From Candidatus Binatia bacterium (GTDB taxonomy: Bacteria > Desulfobacterota > Binatia > Bin18), in the NCBI GenBank assembly GCA_022824615.1, contig JAJDZM010000274.1, positions 1 to 62,215 on the forward strand: a stretch of 62,215 nt of DNA, given 5' to 3'. Position 1 is the first letter of the stretch. Each line of letters starts with the position of its first letter. A program made the position numbers and the translations under genes. Of the stretch, positions 47,587-57,403 are shown one piece after another. Below the pieces are notes generated by a model. That model searched no databases and was not told the origin of the DNA. It saw nothing but the letters and a program-made list of their open reading frames with translations.

Positions 47587-48711
47587 TTATTGCGCCTGCA
47601 CTTTCACCACAAAGCCTTCCGGCAGCTCGCGCTTACCCGCAATAAAGTCTCCGTTAATATCCGATACCCACACGGCGTCATCAACAACCAGGACGCCGGT
47701 TGGATTGATAAAACCTGAGGCAACGAGATGGGGCTGGCCGTCTGCTGTGACCCGATACAGCTTGCCGTCTGTGGCTAATGCCTGAGTCATTGGCACTGGG
47801 ACTTCCATGTGCCCGGCATCCGTAATGAAGAGTTGCCCGGCATAGGCTGCCGATGATTCCAGGGCACGGGCGATACCCATCGGACGGGTGAGTCCTTCTA
47901 CGACGGGCTTGTCATCAACCGTACCATCAGCCGCAATACTGAGAACCGCTCCGGCTCCTTCCTGCGCCTCAAGCGCATCACCTTTTGTGACGCTTACCAG
48001 CAAACGCTGACCATCAGCGGAGAATGCCAGTCCACCGGGTGCTCCCCAGGGCTTGCCATCAAGCGTCACAAAGGGAGTGCATGTGCCGTCTGGAGTCAGT
48101 TGATAGATGGTGTTGTTAAAGAGAGTCACGGCAAAAAACCGATTCGCAAATGGACTGCCATCCGGCCCGAAACGAGCATCAGCCCCAAAACCGCTGATCC
48201 CCTGATTCACGTCACCAGCCTCGGGGAGCGTACACACCACGGTCGAGACGTCGTCCGAGTCAATGACGACCCGTTGAATAATGTGATTTTTGGTTGCTCC
48301 TGGGGCGGCGGTTTCCGCTTGGGCTAAGGTAAAGAGCTGTCCGCTGAAGTCGCCAAACCCGACAGGCGCAATACCGAATCCGGTGACTGGCAGCAGGCGG
48401 CCCAACTGCACCACAACAGAGGTCGTGCCATTTTTGTCAATGGCCACAATCTGACTCCCCTTGCCCTCTTCCTCACCGCCGTCATCATTGGTCCAGACGG
48501 CATTGTTGTGGGCTATCAGCCAGACCGGATCGTACAGTTGCCCTGGCGGCACCAGGACGGAGGCGCTGAAACCGGACTCGGTTTGAATCTCGGGTGTGGC
48601 CAACAAACGGTCCAGGAGTCCCTTGAGTTCATCCTCGGCAAACGCCAACGGTGGCCCCATGCCGGCAAACAGAACGCTGCTGCAAACAACGCTTAGAATT
48701 CTACGCATCAC
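47587..48711 (-). CDS. Secreted beta-propeller-like hypothetical protein; paralog of 8488-9630
   Basis: Signal ending AFA; PPGQLYDP, NDDGGEEEGKGSQIV, DINGDFIAGKRELP. Confidence 0.7.
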   Translation of the reverse strand: MMRRILSVVCSSVLFAGMGPPLAFAEDELKGLLDRLLATPEIQTESGFSASVLVPPGQLYDPVWLIAHNNAVWTNDDGGEEEGKGSQIVAIDKNGTTSVVVQLGRLLPVTGFGIAPVGFGDFSGQLFTLAQAETAAPGATKNHIIQRVVIDSDDVSTVVCTLPEAGDVNQGISGFGADARFGPDGSPFANRFFAVTLFNNTIYQLTPDGTCTPFVTLDGKPWGAPGGLAFSADGQRLLVSVTKGDALEAQEGAGAVLSIAADGTVDDKPVVEGLTRPMGIARALESSAAYAGQLFITDAGHMEVPVPMTQALATDGKLYRVTADGQPHLVASGFINPTGVLVVDDAVWVSDINGDFIAGKRELPEGFVVKVQAQ

Positions 48712-48805
48712 TCCCCTCCTTTAACGGACAGTCAATGGGTTTATATCGCAAGGATAATTCTTGCTGCATGCCCCCTTTGAATCCCTGATGGAGAAAAGAC
48801 CCGCC

Positions 48806-49567
48806 CTACTGTGCGACCCAGCCGCCATCAACCGCCATCGGCAGGCCCGTGACAAAGGACGCCGCATCCGAGCACAGCCACACGACGGCTTCGCCTACTT
48901 CGGCGGGTTCGGCCATGCGTCCAATCGGTTCAGCGGCCACGACTTGCTCCTCAATACCCGGATTGTCACGCGCTCCGCGTTCAAACATCGGCGTGCGAAT
49001 CGCCCCCGGACACACGGCGTTGACGCGAATGCCGGACTTGGCATATTCCAGCGCGGCCGTCTTGGTCAAACCATTCACGCCATGTTTGGCCGCCACATAC
49101 GCTGAGAAGCCAGGAAGACCAACCAGCCCCGCAATCGACGCGGTGTTCACAATCGCGCCGCTGCCCTGGGTGAGCATCTGCTGGAGTTCATACTTCATGC
49201 ACAGCCACACACCGGTCAGGTTAATCGATATGACTCGGTCCCAGTCTGCCTCGTCATAGTCCAGGGTCGGCTGGACCACACCTTCGATGCCGGCGTTATT
49301 GAATGCGCAGTCGAGCCGTCCATAGGTCTCAACCGTTTTCCTGACCATGGCCTCCACGTCGGCGGGTTGTGCGACATCGGTCTGGACAAATGTCGCTTCT
49401 CCCCCCGAATCGTTAATCAGGCGCACGGTTTCTGCACCGCCCTCAACCCCGACATCGGCCACAACGATCTTGGCCCCTTCACGGGCAAAAATCTGCGCGG
49501 TCGCCCGGCCTATGCCTGAGCTGCCGCCAGTCACCACTGCTACTTTTCCGGCTAATCGGTCTGCCAT
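48806..49567 (-). CDS. Short-chain dehydrogenase/reductase (close paralog of 41542)
   Basis: TGGSSGIG, FNNAG, YVAAKHG. Confidence 0.95.
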   Translation of the reverse strand: MADRLAGKVAVVTGGSSGIGRATAQIFAREGAKIVVADVGVEGGAETVRLINDSGGEATFVQTDVAQPADVEAMVRKTVETYGRLDCAFNNAGIEGVVQPTLDYDEADWDRVISINLTGVWLCMKYELQQMLTQGSGAIVNTASIAGLVGLPGFSAYVAAKHGVNGLTKTAALEYAKSGIRVNAVCPGAIRTPMFERGARDNPGIEEQVVAAEPIGRMAEPAEVGEAVVWLCSDAASFVTGLPMAVDGGWVAQ

Positions 49568-49614
49568 ACCGCGCCTCCTTCGCCAGTCGGGAATTCGAAC
49601 CGGATATCCCTATC

Positions 49615-50766
49615 TCACACGTTCAATCCATAGAAACGGATGGCATTCTCACCCAGGACTTTGCGTTGGTCTGCCGCGGGCAACGGCGCAATGCGTTCCT
49701 TGAGTTCCTTGACTACCCCAAAGTCTGCATCAATATGCGGATAGTCCGACGCCCACAGAAAATAGTCCGAACCAATATGCTCAATGACCTTGGCGGTCAG
49801 CGTCTCATCAGGATCTGCTGACACCAGACATTGACGATAGAAATACTCACTCGGCGGCATTTTGAGATTGGTCCGGCTGGCCATGGGGCGATACTTGTGA
49901 TCCAGCCGGTCCAGCCAGGCCGAGATCCAGTTGGCACCGGATTCGAGGACGGTACATTTCAGACGGGGATATTTCTCAAACATGCCCAGCGACATCATCT
50001 GGGTGAAGGCGGCCATCACGTCGATGGCCAGAAAGGCAAAGGTAAACAACCCGGCTGACGCATCTGGCTTGAGCCATTCTTGAAATGACGGGTTATCGCG
50101 CACGATAACGTGAAAGCCGACCGGCATGTCTAGATATTGCACGGTCTCCCAAAAACGGACAAAGGCCGGATCATCAAAATGCTTACCACCTCGGGCTGGC
50201 ATATCCGGCGACAGATACACGCCCACACAGCCCTGCTCCTTAGCCCATTTTACTTCGTCTGCTGCGCCCTCAGGGTCGAGCAAAGAGATATGAGCGATCG
50301 GAAACAGCCGCTTGGGATGGTCGCTACAGAAGTCGATGATCCAGCGGTTATAGGCTCGCGTATACGCTGCGGCCAGCTTGGCTTCCGTGACCCAGCCTTC
50401 CCAGAATATCCCCAGGGTCGGATACAAGAGCGCAATATCGATCTGCTCTTCATCCATGACTTTGATGCGCGCATTCGGGTCGTAGCTGCCGAGCGGCGCG
50501 CCATCCGCATACGTTCGCTTGCCTGGGGTGAAAAAGGCTTCGAGTTCTTCGGCATCTGAGCCCACACCGCCAATCGCGCCGAGCGTGCCACGGGCGACTT
50601 CACACGGCTTGTTATCGAACAACAATACCTCCCAGCCATTCTCATCGTGCTCCAGGCGCACGGCCCGGTCGCGGTATTTGGGGTCAATATATTTCTGCCA
50701 TGTATCCAAGGGCTCCAAGACATGCCCGTCTGTATCGACAATCAGCCCACTCTTTGAGGTGCTCAT
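49615..50766 (-). CDS. Amidohydrolase family 2 protein
   Basis: DTDGHVLE, PVGFH, VLESGANW, WASDYPH. Confidence 0.9.
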   Translation of the reverse strand: MSTSKSGLIVDTDGHVLEPLDTWQKYIDPKYRDRAVRLEHDENGWEVLLFDNKPCEVARGTLGAIGGVGSDAEELEAFFTPGKRTYADGAPLGSYDPNARIKVMDEEQIDIALLYPTLGIFWEGWVTEAKLAAAYTRAYNRWIIDFCSDHPKRLFPIAHISLLDPEGAADEVKWAKEQGCVGVYLSPDMPARGGKHFDDPAFVRFWETVQYLDMPVGFHVIVRDNPSFQEWLKPDASAGLFTFAFLAIDVMAAFTQMMSLGMFEKYPRLKCTVLESGANWISAWLDRLDHKYRPMASRTNLKMPPSEYFYRQCLVSADPDETLTAKVIEHIGSDYFLWASDYPHIDADFGVVKELKERIAPLPAADQRKVLGENAIRFYGLNV

Positions 50767-50778
50767 AGGTTTCCTCCA

Positions 50779-52524
50779 TTACACAGCCGCCCGCTGCTGT
50801 TGTGCACACTTGCCGCTTCTGACGACTTTCCCCGGACGAGCTTCGGTTGCTTCGCCGTTTTCTTGTACGACCTCCCCACTGACCAATGAGGCCACGTAGC
50901 CGTGGGCCGTCTGCATCAGGCGGGGCATATCGGCGGGCAGGTCGTGTATCATTTCCGGTTTCTCAATGCTGAGCGCGCCCAGGTCTATGAGGTTGAAATC
51001 AGCCTTCATGCCGAGCTCTAACGTGCCCCGATCGTGCATGCCGAACAGCCGGGCTGTATCGCGGCTCTGTTTCTTGACCACAAGCTCAATCGGGAGATGG
51101 TACGGATCGTCTTCGGTGCGGTCGCGTACCCAGTCGATCAGCATAAAGGTCTGGACACTGGCATCGCAGATCGTGCGCATATGAGCGCCCGAGTCACTCC
51201 CGCCCATGACGGTCAGGGGATGGGTCAGCATTTCGTACAACGGGTCACGGCTCTGCTCGGCATAGCCGGCAATGGCGTACATGAGGAAGGCCCGCCCGTC
51301 GTCTTCTAACAACAGGTCATACACAACCTCGCGCGGATTGCAGCCGCGCTGGGCGGCTATGGCAGCCACATTATTGGCTCCATCAGGGAAGTAGTTGAGC
51401 GGTTGGCCCATGGGGTAGGTCATCTGCCACGTGGACGCTTGCTGATACAAGATAGACATACCAGCCGTGTTTGGGTCTTCTTCAGCCAGCAAACGCCTCC
51501 GCACATCAGGGTTGCGGAGGGCCTGCATTTTTTCTGCATGCGGGAGGTCCTTGAGCGGCGCATAGCTCGGCAAATATTGGAACGGGTTTTCCCCTTGAAA
51601 ACTGAACAGAATGGTGACCGGTCGGGCAAAGACCTGCGGAATAATCCGTGCCCCGCCGTTCGTGGCCGCTTCACAGCGCTGCAAAATATCCCGCCAGACG
51701 TGCGGCTGAGGATTCGTCTGTGCGAGCAGAAATGTCACCGGGCAACCGATTGCCGCCATCTCCTGCATCCAGCCCAGTTCGCTATCAATGTTCTGTCCAA
51801 GTACGGCATCTGAGACGACTTCCATGAGGCCGCGTCCGGTTTGGATAATCCCGCGCCCAATCCCCAACAACTCGTCCGGGCTGGCAAAGGTACCGGGGAC
51901 AGGCACGCCTTCCGGCGTGGCATGCACCATGGTTCGTGAGGTGGAGAAGCCTAAAGCTCCAGCTTCGATAGCCGCCCGAGTCATGGCTGCCATTTGTTCG
52001 ATATCTTCTGGTGTGGCTGGTCCTTTGCCAGCTCCCCGCTCGCCCATGACGTACAGACGCAAAGGGATATGCGGTATCTGCGTGCCAACATCAATCGTGC
52101 GGGGAATAGCGTCGAGCGCGTCCAGATATTCCGGGAAGGTCTCCCACTGCCAGTCGATACCAGCCGACAAGGATTGGCGCGGAATATCTTCAACGCTCTC
52201 CATCATGCCAATCAGCTCTTCGCGACGCTCGGGTACAACCGGCGCAAAGCCCACCCCGCAGTTGCCCATCACGATCGTCGACACTCCATGCCACAGAGAT
52301 GGAGCTAGCAGCGGGTCCCACGATACCTGACCATCGTAATGGGTATGCACATCCACCCAGCCAGGGGCCACGATCAGTCCGTCGGCCTTTAATGTCCGTT
52401 TCGCTCGGCCCAAATCCGAGCCGACCCCGCTAATCTTGCCATCCGTCACTGCGACATCGCCGGTGAAACTCGGCTGTCCGGTTCCATCAACAATCGTTCC
52501 ACCCTGAACGATGAGATCATGCAT
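50779..52524 (-). CDS. N-acyl-D-amino-acid deacylase-like amidohydrolase
   Basis: VQGGTIVDGTG, VDVHTHYDGQ, MGNCGVGFAP, GGSDSGAH. Confidence 0.9.
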   Translation of the reverse strand: MHDLIVQGGTIVDGTGQPSFTGDVAVTDGKISGVGSDLGRAKRTLKADGLIVAPGWVDVHTHYDGQVSWDPLLAPSLWHGVSTIVMGNCGVGFAPVVPERREELIGMMESVEDIPRQSLSAGIDWQWETFPEYLDALDAIPRTIDVGTQIPHIPLRLYVMGERGAGKGPATPEDIEQMAAMTRAAIEAGALGFSTSRTMVHATPEGVPVPGTFASPDELLGIGRGIIQTGRGLMEVVSDAVLGQNIDSELGWMQEMAAIGCPVTFLLAQTNPQPHVWRDILQRCEAATNGGARIIPQVFARPVTILFSFQGENPFQYLPSYAPLKDLPHAEKMQALRNPDVRRRLLAEEDPNTAGMSILYQQASTWQMTYPMGQPLNYFPDGANNVAAIAAQRGCNPREVVYDLLLEDDGRAFLMYAIAGYAEQSRDPLYEMLTHPLTVMGGSDSGAHMRTICDASVQTFMLIDWVRDRTEDDPYHLPIELVVKKQSRDTARLFGMHDRGTLELGMKADFNLIDLGALSIEKPEMIHDLPADMPRLMQTAHGYVASLVSGEVVQENGEATEARPGKVVRSGKCAQQQRAAV

Positions 52525-52582
52525 TCCGACTTCCTCCTCTTTGAATATTAACTTTCTGTGATTCTTACTTGCAGGCCATCCA

Positions 52583-53461
52583 TCACGCAGGCAACATATC
52601 CTTTGGCGACAATGCCATCTTGGTGGTATCGAGCTTAGTCAGCCCAACTTCCCCTTTGTCGAAGAGCGCGACCCACTCCTTCATCCATTCCGGATTGGCG
52701 ACTTGGGACGGATGATGGCCCGGCATGGCGTAACGGATTGTCCGTGGGAGGAAGGAGACGAATAAACGGAAGGCAATCTTTTTAATTGTCCAGCGCGTCT
52801 TCCACTTCCCCCAGAGTCCATCGGCTTTGAGCAACTCGATATAGGTGCCCCGAATAAGTCCCATCATATGAGTGAGGGCGCACAGGATGCCGTAGGCGCG
52901 GTACCAATGCCCGCCATACAGATCGTTATACACATCAAAAGCCAAATTCTTGTGTTCGATTTCCTCGATCAAATGCCAGAGCCACATGGAAGCCACGGGT
53001 CGGTCCGCCTCACCGAAGAAATGTTCACGCTGTTCGATCAGCATGTGTGCAATCGACAGGGCCATGACTTCAAAACCCGCGGTATAGGCCACCTGGTATT
53101 TGAGCCGGCGTTTGCCGAGTTCTTGATACTCACGCTCCATCTGCTTTTCCCTCTCGCGGAGTTGGGGATAGCCCGCAGCAATGAGTACTTCGTTGAACCG
53201 ACGGTGTTGTTTAAAGTGTTGGGCTTCCTGGCCCATCCAGGCTTTGGCTTCTTCTCGTAAAGCAGGATCGGAGATGTGTTTGGTCGCCTTCCGAATGGAG
53301 TCAATGATAAACGGCTCCATATAGGGCAGCAGCATGGAGGCGCCGTTGGCCAAGTGGCTGAGCACTGGTTTGGCTGGGTTCCAGTAGGGTCGGAAGTCTT
53401 TGGGAAACTCGAACTGCACCTGGCGAACCAAAATCCCCTTGTCCGTTTTTTTGTCGCTCAT
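52583..53461 (-). CDS. Predicted metal-dependent hydrolase
   Basis: P..E.FII, QEAQHFKQH, YTAGFE, WHLIEEIEHK.LAFDVY. Confidence 0.85.
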   Translation of the reverse strand: MSDKKTDKGILVRQVQFEFPKDFRPYWNPAKPVLSHLANGASMLLPYMEPFIIDSIRKATKHISDPALREEAKAWMGQEAQHFKQHRRFNEVLIAAGYPQLREREKQMEREYQELGKRRLKYQVAYTAGFEVMALSIAHMLIEQREHFFGEADRPVASMWLWHLIEEIEHKNLAFDVYNDLYGGHWYRAYGILCALTHMMGLIRGTYIELLKADGLWGKWKTRWTIKKIAFRLFVSFLPRTIRYAMPGHHPSQVANPEWMKEWVALFDKGEVGLTKLDTTKMALSPKDMLPA

Positions 53462-53673
53462 ACGCGTAACTCCTCCTTAAAACGACTGAAGGCAGTCGGG
53501 TCACGGAACACAAACCGTCGCCCCTCAATGCTGAGTCCGTAATGTTCGCCCTCGCGCAAAGACTCGTCTGCGCTGATCTCACGCCCGCCAAGCGCACGCA
53601 GGGTTTTCTGCAAAGACCCTTTGGTACGAGGAAGAAAACGTGCGGTGTCAGTGTGATTGGCTTTTGGTGGCAT
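53458..53673 (-). CDS. 71-aa hypothetical protein, first gene after the sigma54 promoter
   Basis: SD GGAGAGGAG before ATG; stop overlaps start of next gene. Confidence 0.55.
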   Translation of the reverse strand: MPPKANHTDTARFLPRTKGSLQKTLRALGGREISADESLREGEHYGLSIEGRRFVFRDPTAFSRFKEELRV

Positions 53674-53709
53674 CGCTCCTCTCCTATCCGGTTGATACGC
53701 ATGGAATAG

Positions 53710-53726
53710 AGCAATGCCGGTGCCAA
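53710..53726 (-). promoter_or_regulatory. sigma54 (-24/-12) promoter
   Basis: Minus strand TTGGCAC-CGGCA-TTGCT matches YTGGCAC-N5-TTGCW. Confidence 0.85.
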
Positions 53727-53764
53727 CGATCCTGCGAGCATTAGTGAGGAAATAATTCTAGGGG

Positions 53765-53777
53765 AATCAGGCGCTTA
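53765..53777 (+). promoter_or_regulatory. Putative IHF site between enhancer and sigma54 promoter
   Basis: AATCAG-GCGC-TTA fits WATCAR-N4-TTR. Confidence 0.5.
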
Positions 53778-53842
53778 GAAAGGGTAGAGGTCTATGAGAC
53801 GGAGGAAATCATAGAGGTGTGCACGGCAATGCTCTGCACGCT

Positions 53843-53864
53843 GCACACTGTGCGCACAGTGTGC
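53843..53864. promoter_or_regulatory. Perfect 22-bp palindrome, putative upstream activator sequence
   Basis: GCACACTGTGCGCACAGTGTGC, ~120 bp upstream of -24. Confidence 0.6.
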
Positions 53865-53911
53865 GTTTTCCCTGCGGACTGAAAAGGTCCTTGCAACAGA
53901 GAATCTTTCCA

Positions 53912-53923
53912 TTGTATCTACAA
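53912..53923. promoter_or_regulatory. Putative BrnTA operator dyad
   Basis: TTGTA-TC-TACAA just before brnT. Confidence 0.4.
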
Positions 53924-53934
53924 AGTGTGATGCA

Positions 53935-54213
53935 ATGGATTTTGAGTGGGACGAAAACAAACGACTGGGTAATAGTGCAAAGCATGGCTGGGACTTTCTC
54001 CGAGCCAAAGAGTTATTCGCCGGTCCGCATGTTATTCGTCCTTCACTCTACGCTGGCGAGGAGGAGCGAAAGCTGGCGACCGGGAAGATTGCAGGACGCT
54101 TTGTGACTGTGGTCTTTACAATGCGAGCTGGGCGTTGTCGCCCTATTTCAATGAGGAGTGCGCGCAATGACGAAAGGCGAGCATACCAAAACATATACCG
54201 CGCAGCAGATTGA
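53935..54213 (+). CDS. brnT: BrnT family toxin
   Basis: MDFEWDENK..N..KHG.DF..A.ELF..EERKLATG..VVFTMR..RPISMRSA. Confidence 0.9.
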   Translation: MDFEWDENKRLGNSAKHGWDFLRAKELFAGPHVIRPSLYAGEEERKLATGKIAGRFVTVVFTMRAGRCRPISMRSARNDERRAYQNIYRAAD

Positions 54214-54499
54214 CAAGGCTATCGCGCGCGGCGAAGACCGGACGGATTGGACCAAGGTCGATGCAATGACTGATGAGAAGCTGGAACAGCTTATTGCTGA
54301 AGACCCGGATGAAGCTGAAGCGGACCCGGATTGGACAAAAGCGCGCCTCGTTTTGCCCAAACGCAAACAGCAAATTAGTATCCGAGTCGATGCAGATGTC
54401 CTGCACTGGTTCAAACAACACGGGAAAGGCTATCAGCGGAAGATGCAAGCCGTACTCCGTACCTATATGGAAGCGCATAAACACGACTCGCCTGGATAG
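54167..54499 (+). CDS. brnA: BrnA family antitoxin
   Basis: TDWTKV..PDW..KQQISIRVDADVLHWFK..GKGYQRKMQAVLR. Confidence 0.9.
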   Translation: MTKGEHTKTYTAQQIDKAIARGEDRTDWTKVDAMTDEKLEQLIAEDPDEAEADPDWTKARLVLPKRKQQISIRVDADVLHWFKQHGKGYQRKMQAVLRTYMEAHKHDSPG

Positions 54500-54548
54500 G
54501 GAGACTTACGGCTGTTACAGATTTGAGTCTCTGGTTCGCAATCAGGGT

Positions 54549-56057
54549 TTACGATGGGGCGACCGTTTTCGGCGAAGCTCGCTGTACCCGCGGCTTGCGG
54601 GCGTAGGTCAAACCATGTTTTTTGAGCTTGCGGATAATCGTGGTGCGGTGAACGCCGAGCGCGTCCGCCATGGCATACACGTTGCCCTGGTGTTCCTCAC
54701 AAAATGTTCGCCAGTGTTGCGCTTCTTCAGCCTCGGACTCTGTGCCGCGCGGGGGAGGTGTGACACGGGGGGAGAGAGACGTTGAACTGTGGAGGGTTGG
54801 AATAAGTTCTGGAGCGAGCATCTGGAGCGTGATTTCGCCCGCGGTCTGGCCACTCTCCGATGCGATCTGCCACACCACGTTCTTCAGCTCACGAATATTA
54901 CCGGGGAAGGGAAGGGCCTGGACATGTTCTATGAGCTCGGGATGCAGCGTCAGGGCAGTTGCGTTCTTCTGGTTAAACTCCGTCAGAGTCGCGTTTATCA
55001 AGGCTGGAATATCTTCAGGATGTTCCCGCAAAGGCGGCAGGTCAATCCGGTTCATGGCTAAGCGGTAATACAAATCGTTCCGCAAGGTCTGTTCTTGCAG
55101 TAATGTCTCGGGCTGTCTGTTCGTGGCCGCTAAGAAACGCACGTCTATTTTCACTGTCTGTTCCGCTCCAAGGCGACGAATCTCTTTGTCTTCTAAAACG
55201 GTCAGTAGCTTGGCCTGCATCTCGACCGGCATGTCGCCAATCTCATCCAAAAAAACGGTCCCGCCCTGACCCATCTCAATGACTCCACGGCGGCCTTTTC
55301 GTTTCGCCCCGGTGAAGGCGCCTTCCGCATAACCAAACAATTCGGCTTCAATCAGCGAGGCGGGCAGACTGGCACAATTCACGTGAATAAAAGGGCCGCT
55401 GGAGCGCGGACTCATGGTATGGATGTACTGGGCTAACAGGCTCTTGCCCACGCCGGTTTCACCCGTCAAGAAGATGTTCCCCCCTAAGCGAGCGAGCCGG
55501 AGCGCCCGTTCAAAGACCCGGCTCAGGCTCTCGCTCTGGTAGACGATATCCTGACCTAACACGCGAGTGTGGAGGGCACTGAGCTGTTCTTGGTATAACG
55601 CAGTGCGCTGTTCGAGTTCGCCGATTTTCTCTCGAGCGGCGAGCAGGTCGGTTGAGGCGTGAACGGTCAGGACAATGTAACGCAGCCTGTCCGCATTGTC
55701 TCGGATATAGTGCTCGGCAGAGATGAGCTGGGCACCATTCTCCATCCGCGCATAGCTATAGCGTGGCTGAGTCGTGTCTGTGACACGCCCATTCTCCCGA
55801 ACCATTGCCCAGAATGAGTCTTTGACCCACTCCGGGTTTACGCTTGCGTGAATGCTGGGCAGGCTCGCCATTTCTTTGGTCTTGAGACCGACCAACTGAT
55901 TTGGTGTGAGGTCGGCGAGCTGGTAGAGCTTATCATTTGCCCAGACCACCGTCCCAGTCTGGTCAATGATGAGCACTCCCACATCAAGCGCATTCAAGAA
56001 AAGCCCAAGCGTTGGCTCCTCTGGAAAATGTTCGACCATACGCCCCGTTCTTGGCAC
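54549..56057 (-). CDS. sigma54-dependent enhancer-binding protein (PAS-AAA+-HTH)
   Basis: GETGVGKS, ELFGYAEGAFTGA, FLDEIGDM, RNDLYYRL, FPGNIREL, C-terminal HTH. Confidence 0.95.
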   Translation of the reverse strand: MPRTGRMVEHFPEEPTLGLFLNALDVGVLIIDQTGTVVWANDKLYQLADLTPNQLVGLKTKEMASLPSIHASVNPEWVKDSFWAMVRENGRVTDTTQPRYSYARMENGAQLISAEHYIRDNADRLRYIVLTVHASTDLLAAREKIGELEQRTALYQEQLSALHTRVLGQDIVYQSESLSRVFERALRLARLGGNIFLTGETGVGKSLLAQYIHTMSPRSSGPFIHVNCASLPASLIEAELFGYAEGAFTGAKRKGRRGVIEMGQGGTVFLDEIGDMPVEMQAKLLTVLEDKEIRRLGAEQTVKIDVRFLAATNRQPETLLQEQTLRNDLYYRLAMNRIDLPPLREHPEDIPALINATLTEFNQKNATALTLHPELIEHVQALPFPGNIRELKNVVWQIASESGQTAGEITLQMLAPELIPTLHSSTSLSPRVTPPPRGTESEAEEAQHWRTFCEEHQGNVYAMADALGVHRTTIIRKLKKHGLTYARKPRVQRASPKTVAPS

Positions 56058-56128
56058 ATTCCAGCCAGGAGAACAAGCGGAAATACGGGGCCTCGATAGC
56101 TCTTCCGGGAGTTGTTCTTACTCGATTG

Positions 56129-57403
56129 TCATAATCGAGGGTTCGACCGCTCAGTGCTCGGCGTATCGGCAGGCGGGTCGCACTCAATATGCAGTTCTTT
56201 GAGACCGCGGATCACGGGGTTGATGGCGTAGCGGAAATCGTTCTTGCCCTCGGCCAGACGTATGGTCCCCAGCCGGTTCAGGAGGGCCTCAAAGGCGACT
56301 TTCCCTTCCAGGCGCGCCAACGAAGCACCCAGACAGAAATGCACCCCCGCGCCAAAGGCTACGCTCATCCTGGCATTCGGCCGCCGCACGTCAAACCGGT
56401 CCGGGTCCGGAAACTGCTCGGCATCCCGGTTGGCCGCACCATACATGACCGCCACCCGAGAGCCTTTGGGCAGCCGGACGCCATCCACCTGGGTGTCTTC
56501 TTTGACCGTCCTGAACAGACACTGGACCGGGGATTCGATCCGCATCGCTTCTTCAACGAAGTTGGGAATCCGGGAAGGGTCTGCCGTTACCAAGTCCAGT
56601 TGCTCCGGGTGTTGGAGCAGCAGGGCCAGGCCGCTACTCAGCAGATTGATCGTGGTGTCGTTACCCCCCAACAGGATGATGTCGATCATGCTGATCAGCT
56701 CTTCGGTCGTCAGCGAGCGACCCCCGAATTTTTCCACCGAGGCCGTTACCATATGGGAGATCAGGTCGTCGCGGGGTTCTGCCCGGCGCGCTTCGATCTG
56801 ATGAAACAGATAGTGCTGAAACTCCACTGCCAGGCGTACGCAGGCGAGTTCCCGCTCGTGGCTGATCATGGTCCCGCCCATGCGTTCGATCCGGGCGTCA
56901 CACCACCGCTTCACCTGGGGAATATCTTCCTCCGGTAGGCCCATCAGCTCGGCAAACACGTAGAGCGGAAAGGGTTGGGCAAACTGGCTGACAAACTCGA
57001 TCTCGTTACTCTCAAGGCAGGTGTCAATCAAGCGGTTGGCGATCTCCTTTAAGCGGGGTTCGAGCGTTTTCACACTCTGGGCGGAGAAGGGCCGGTTGAC
57101 CACACTCCGATAGCCGGTGTGCTCGGGTGGGTCGGCCTTGCTGAGCACATTGACGGCCGGCCAGCCCTGGGCCTCGATCTCCCGAATCTCCGGGGTGTCC
57201 CGGGTGAGTCCTTCCGTGAGGCCATGGACCGAAAACAGCTCCGGATGCATCAGGACATATTCGACATCGCGGAAGCGGGTCATGATGAACATGGTGGTGT
57301 CGGGCAATTGATAGACGCCTCGCCGTCGCAGTTCGACGAAGACCTCGTAGGGGTCTTCCAACACCTCAGGCACGAAGGGGTCTAAATTCGTCTGGTTCGG
57401 CAT
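56129..57403 (-). CDS. Cytochrome P450
   Basis: GGNDTT, EEAMR, FGAGVHFCLG; start ATG 57403 after GGAGGAG. Confidence 0.95.
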   Translation of the reverse strand: MPNQTNLDPFVPEVLEDPYEVFVELRRRGVYQLPDTTMFIMTRFRDVEYVLMHPELFSVHGLTEGLTRDTPEIREIEAQGWPAVNVLSKADPPEHTGYRSVVNRPFSAQSVKTLEPRLKEIANRLIDTCLESNEIEFVSQFAQPFPLYVFAELMGLPEEDIPQVKRWCDARIERMGGTMISHERELACVRLAVEFQHYLFHQIEARRAEPRDDLISHMVTASVEKFGGRSLTTEELISMIDIILLGGNDTTINLLSSGLALLLQHPEQLDLVTADPSRIPNFVEEAMRIESPVQCLFRTVKEDTQVDGVRLPKGSRVAVMYGAANRDAEQFPDPDRFDVRRPNARMSVAFGAGVHFCLGASLARLEGKVAFEALLNRLGTIRLAEGKNDFRYAINPVIRGLKELHIECDPPADTPSTERSNPRL

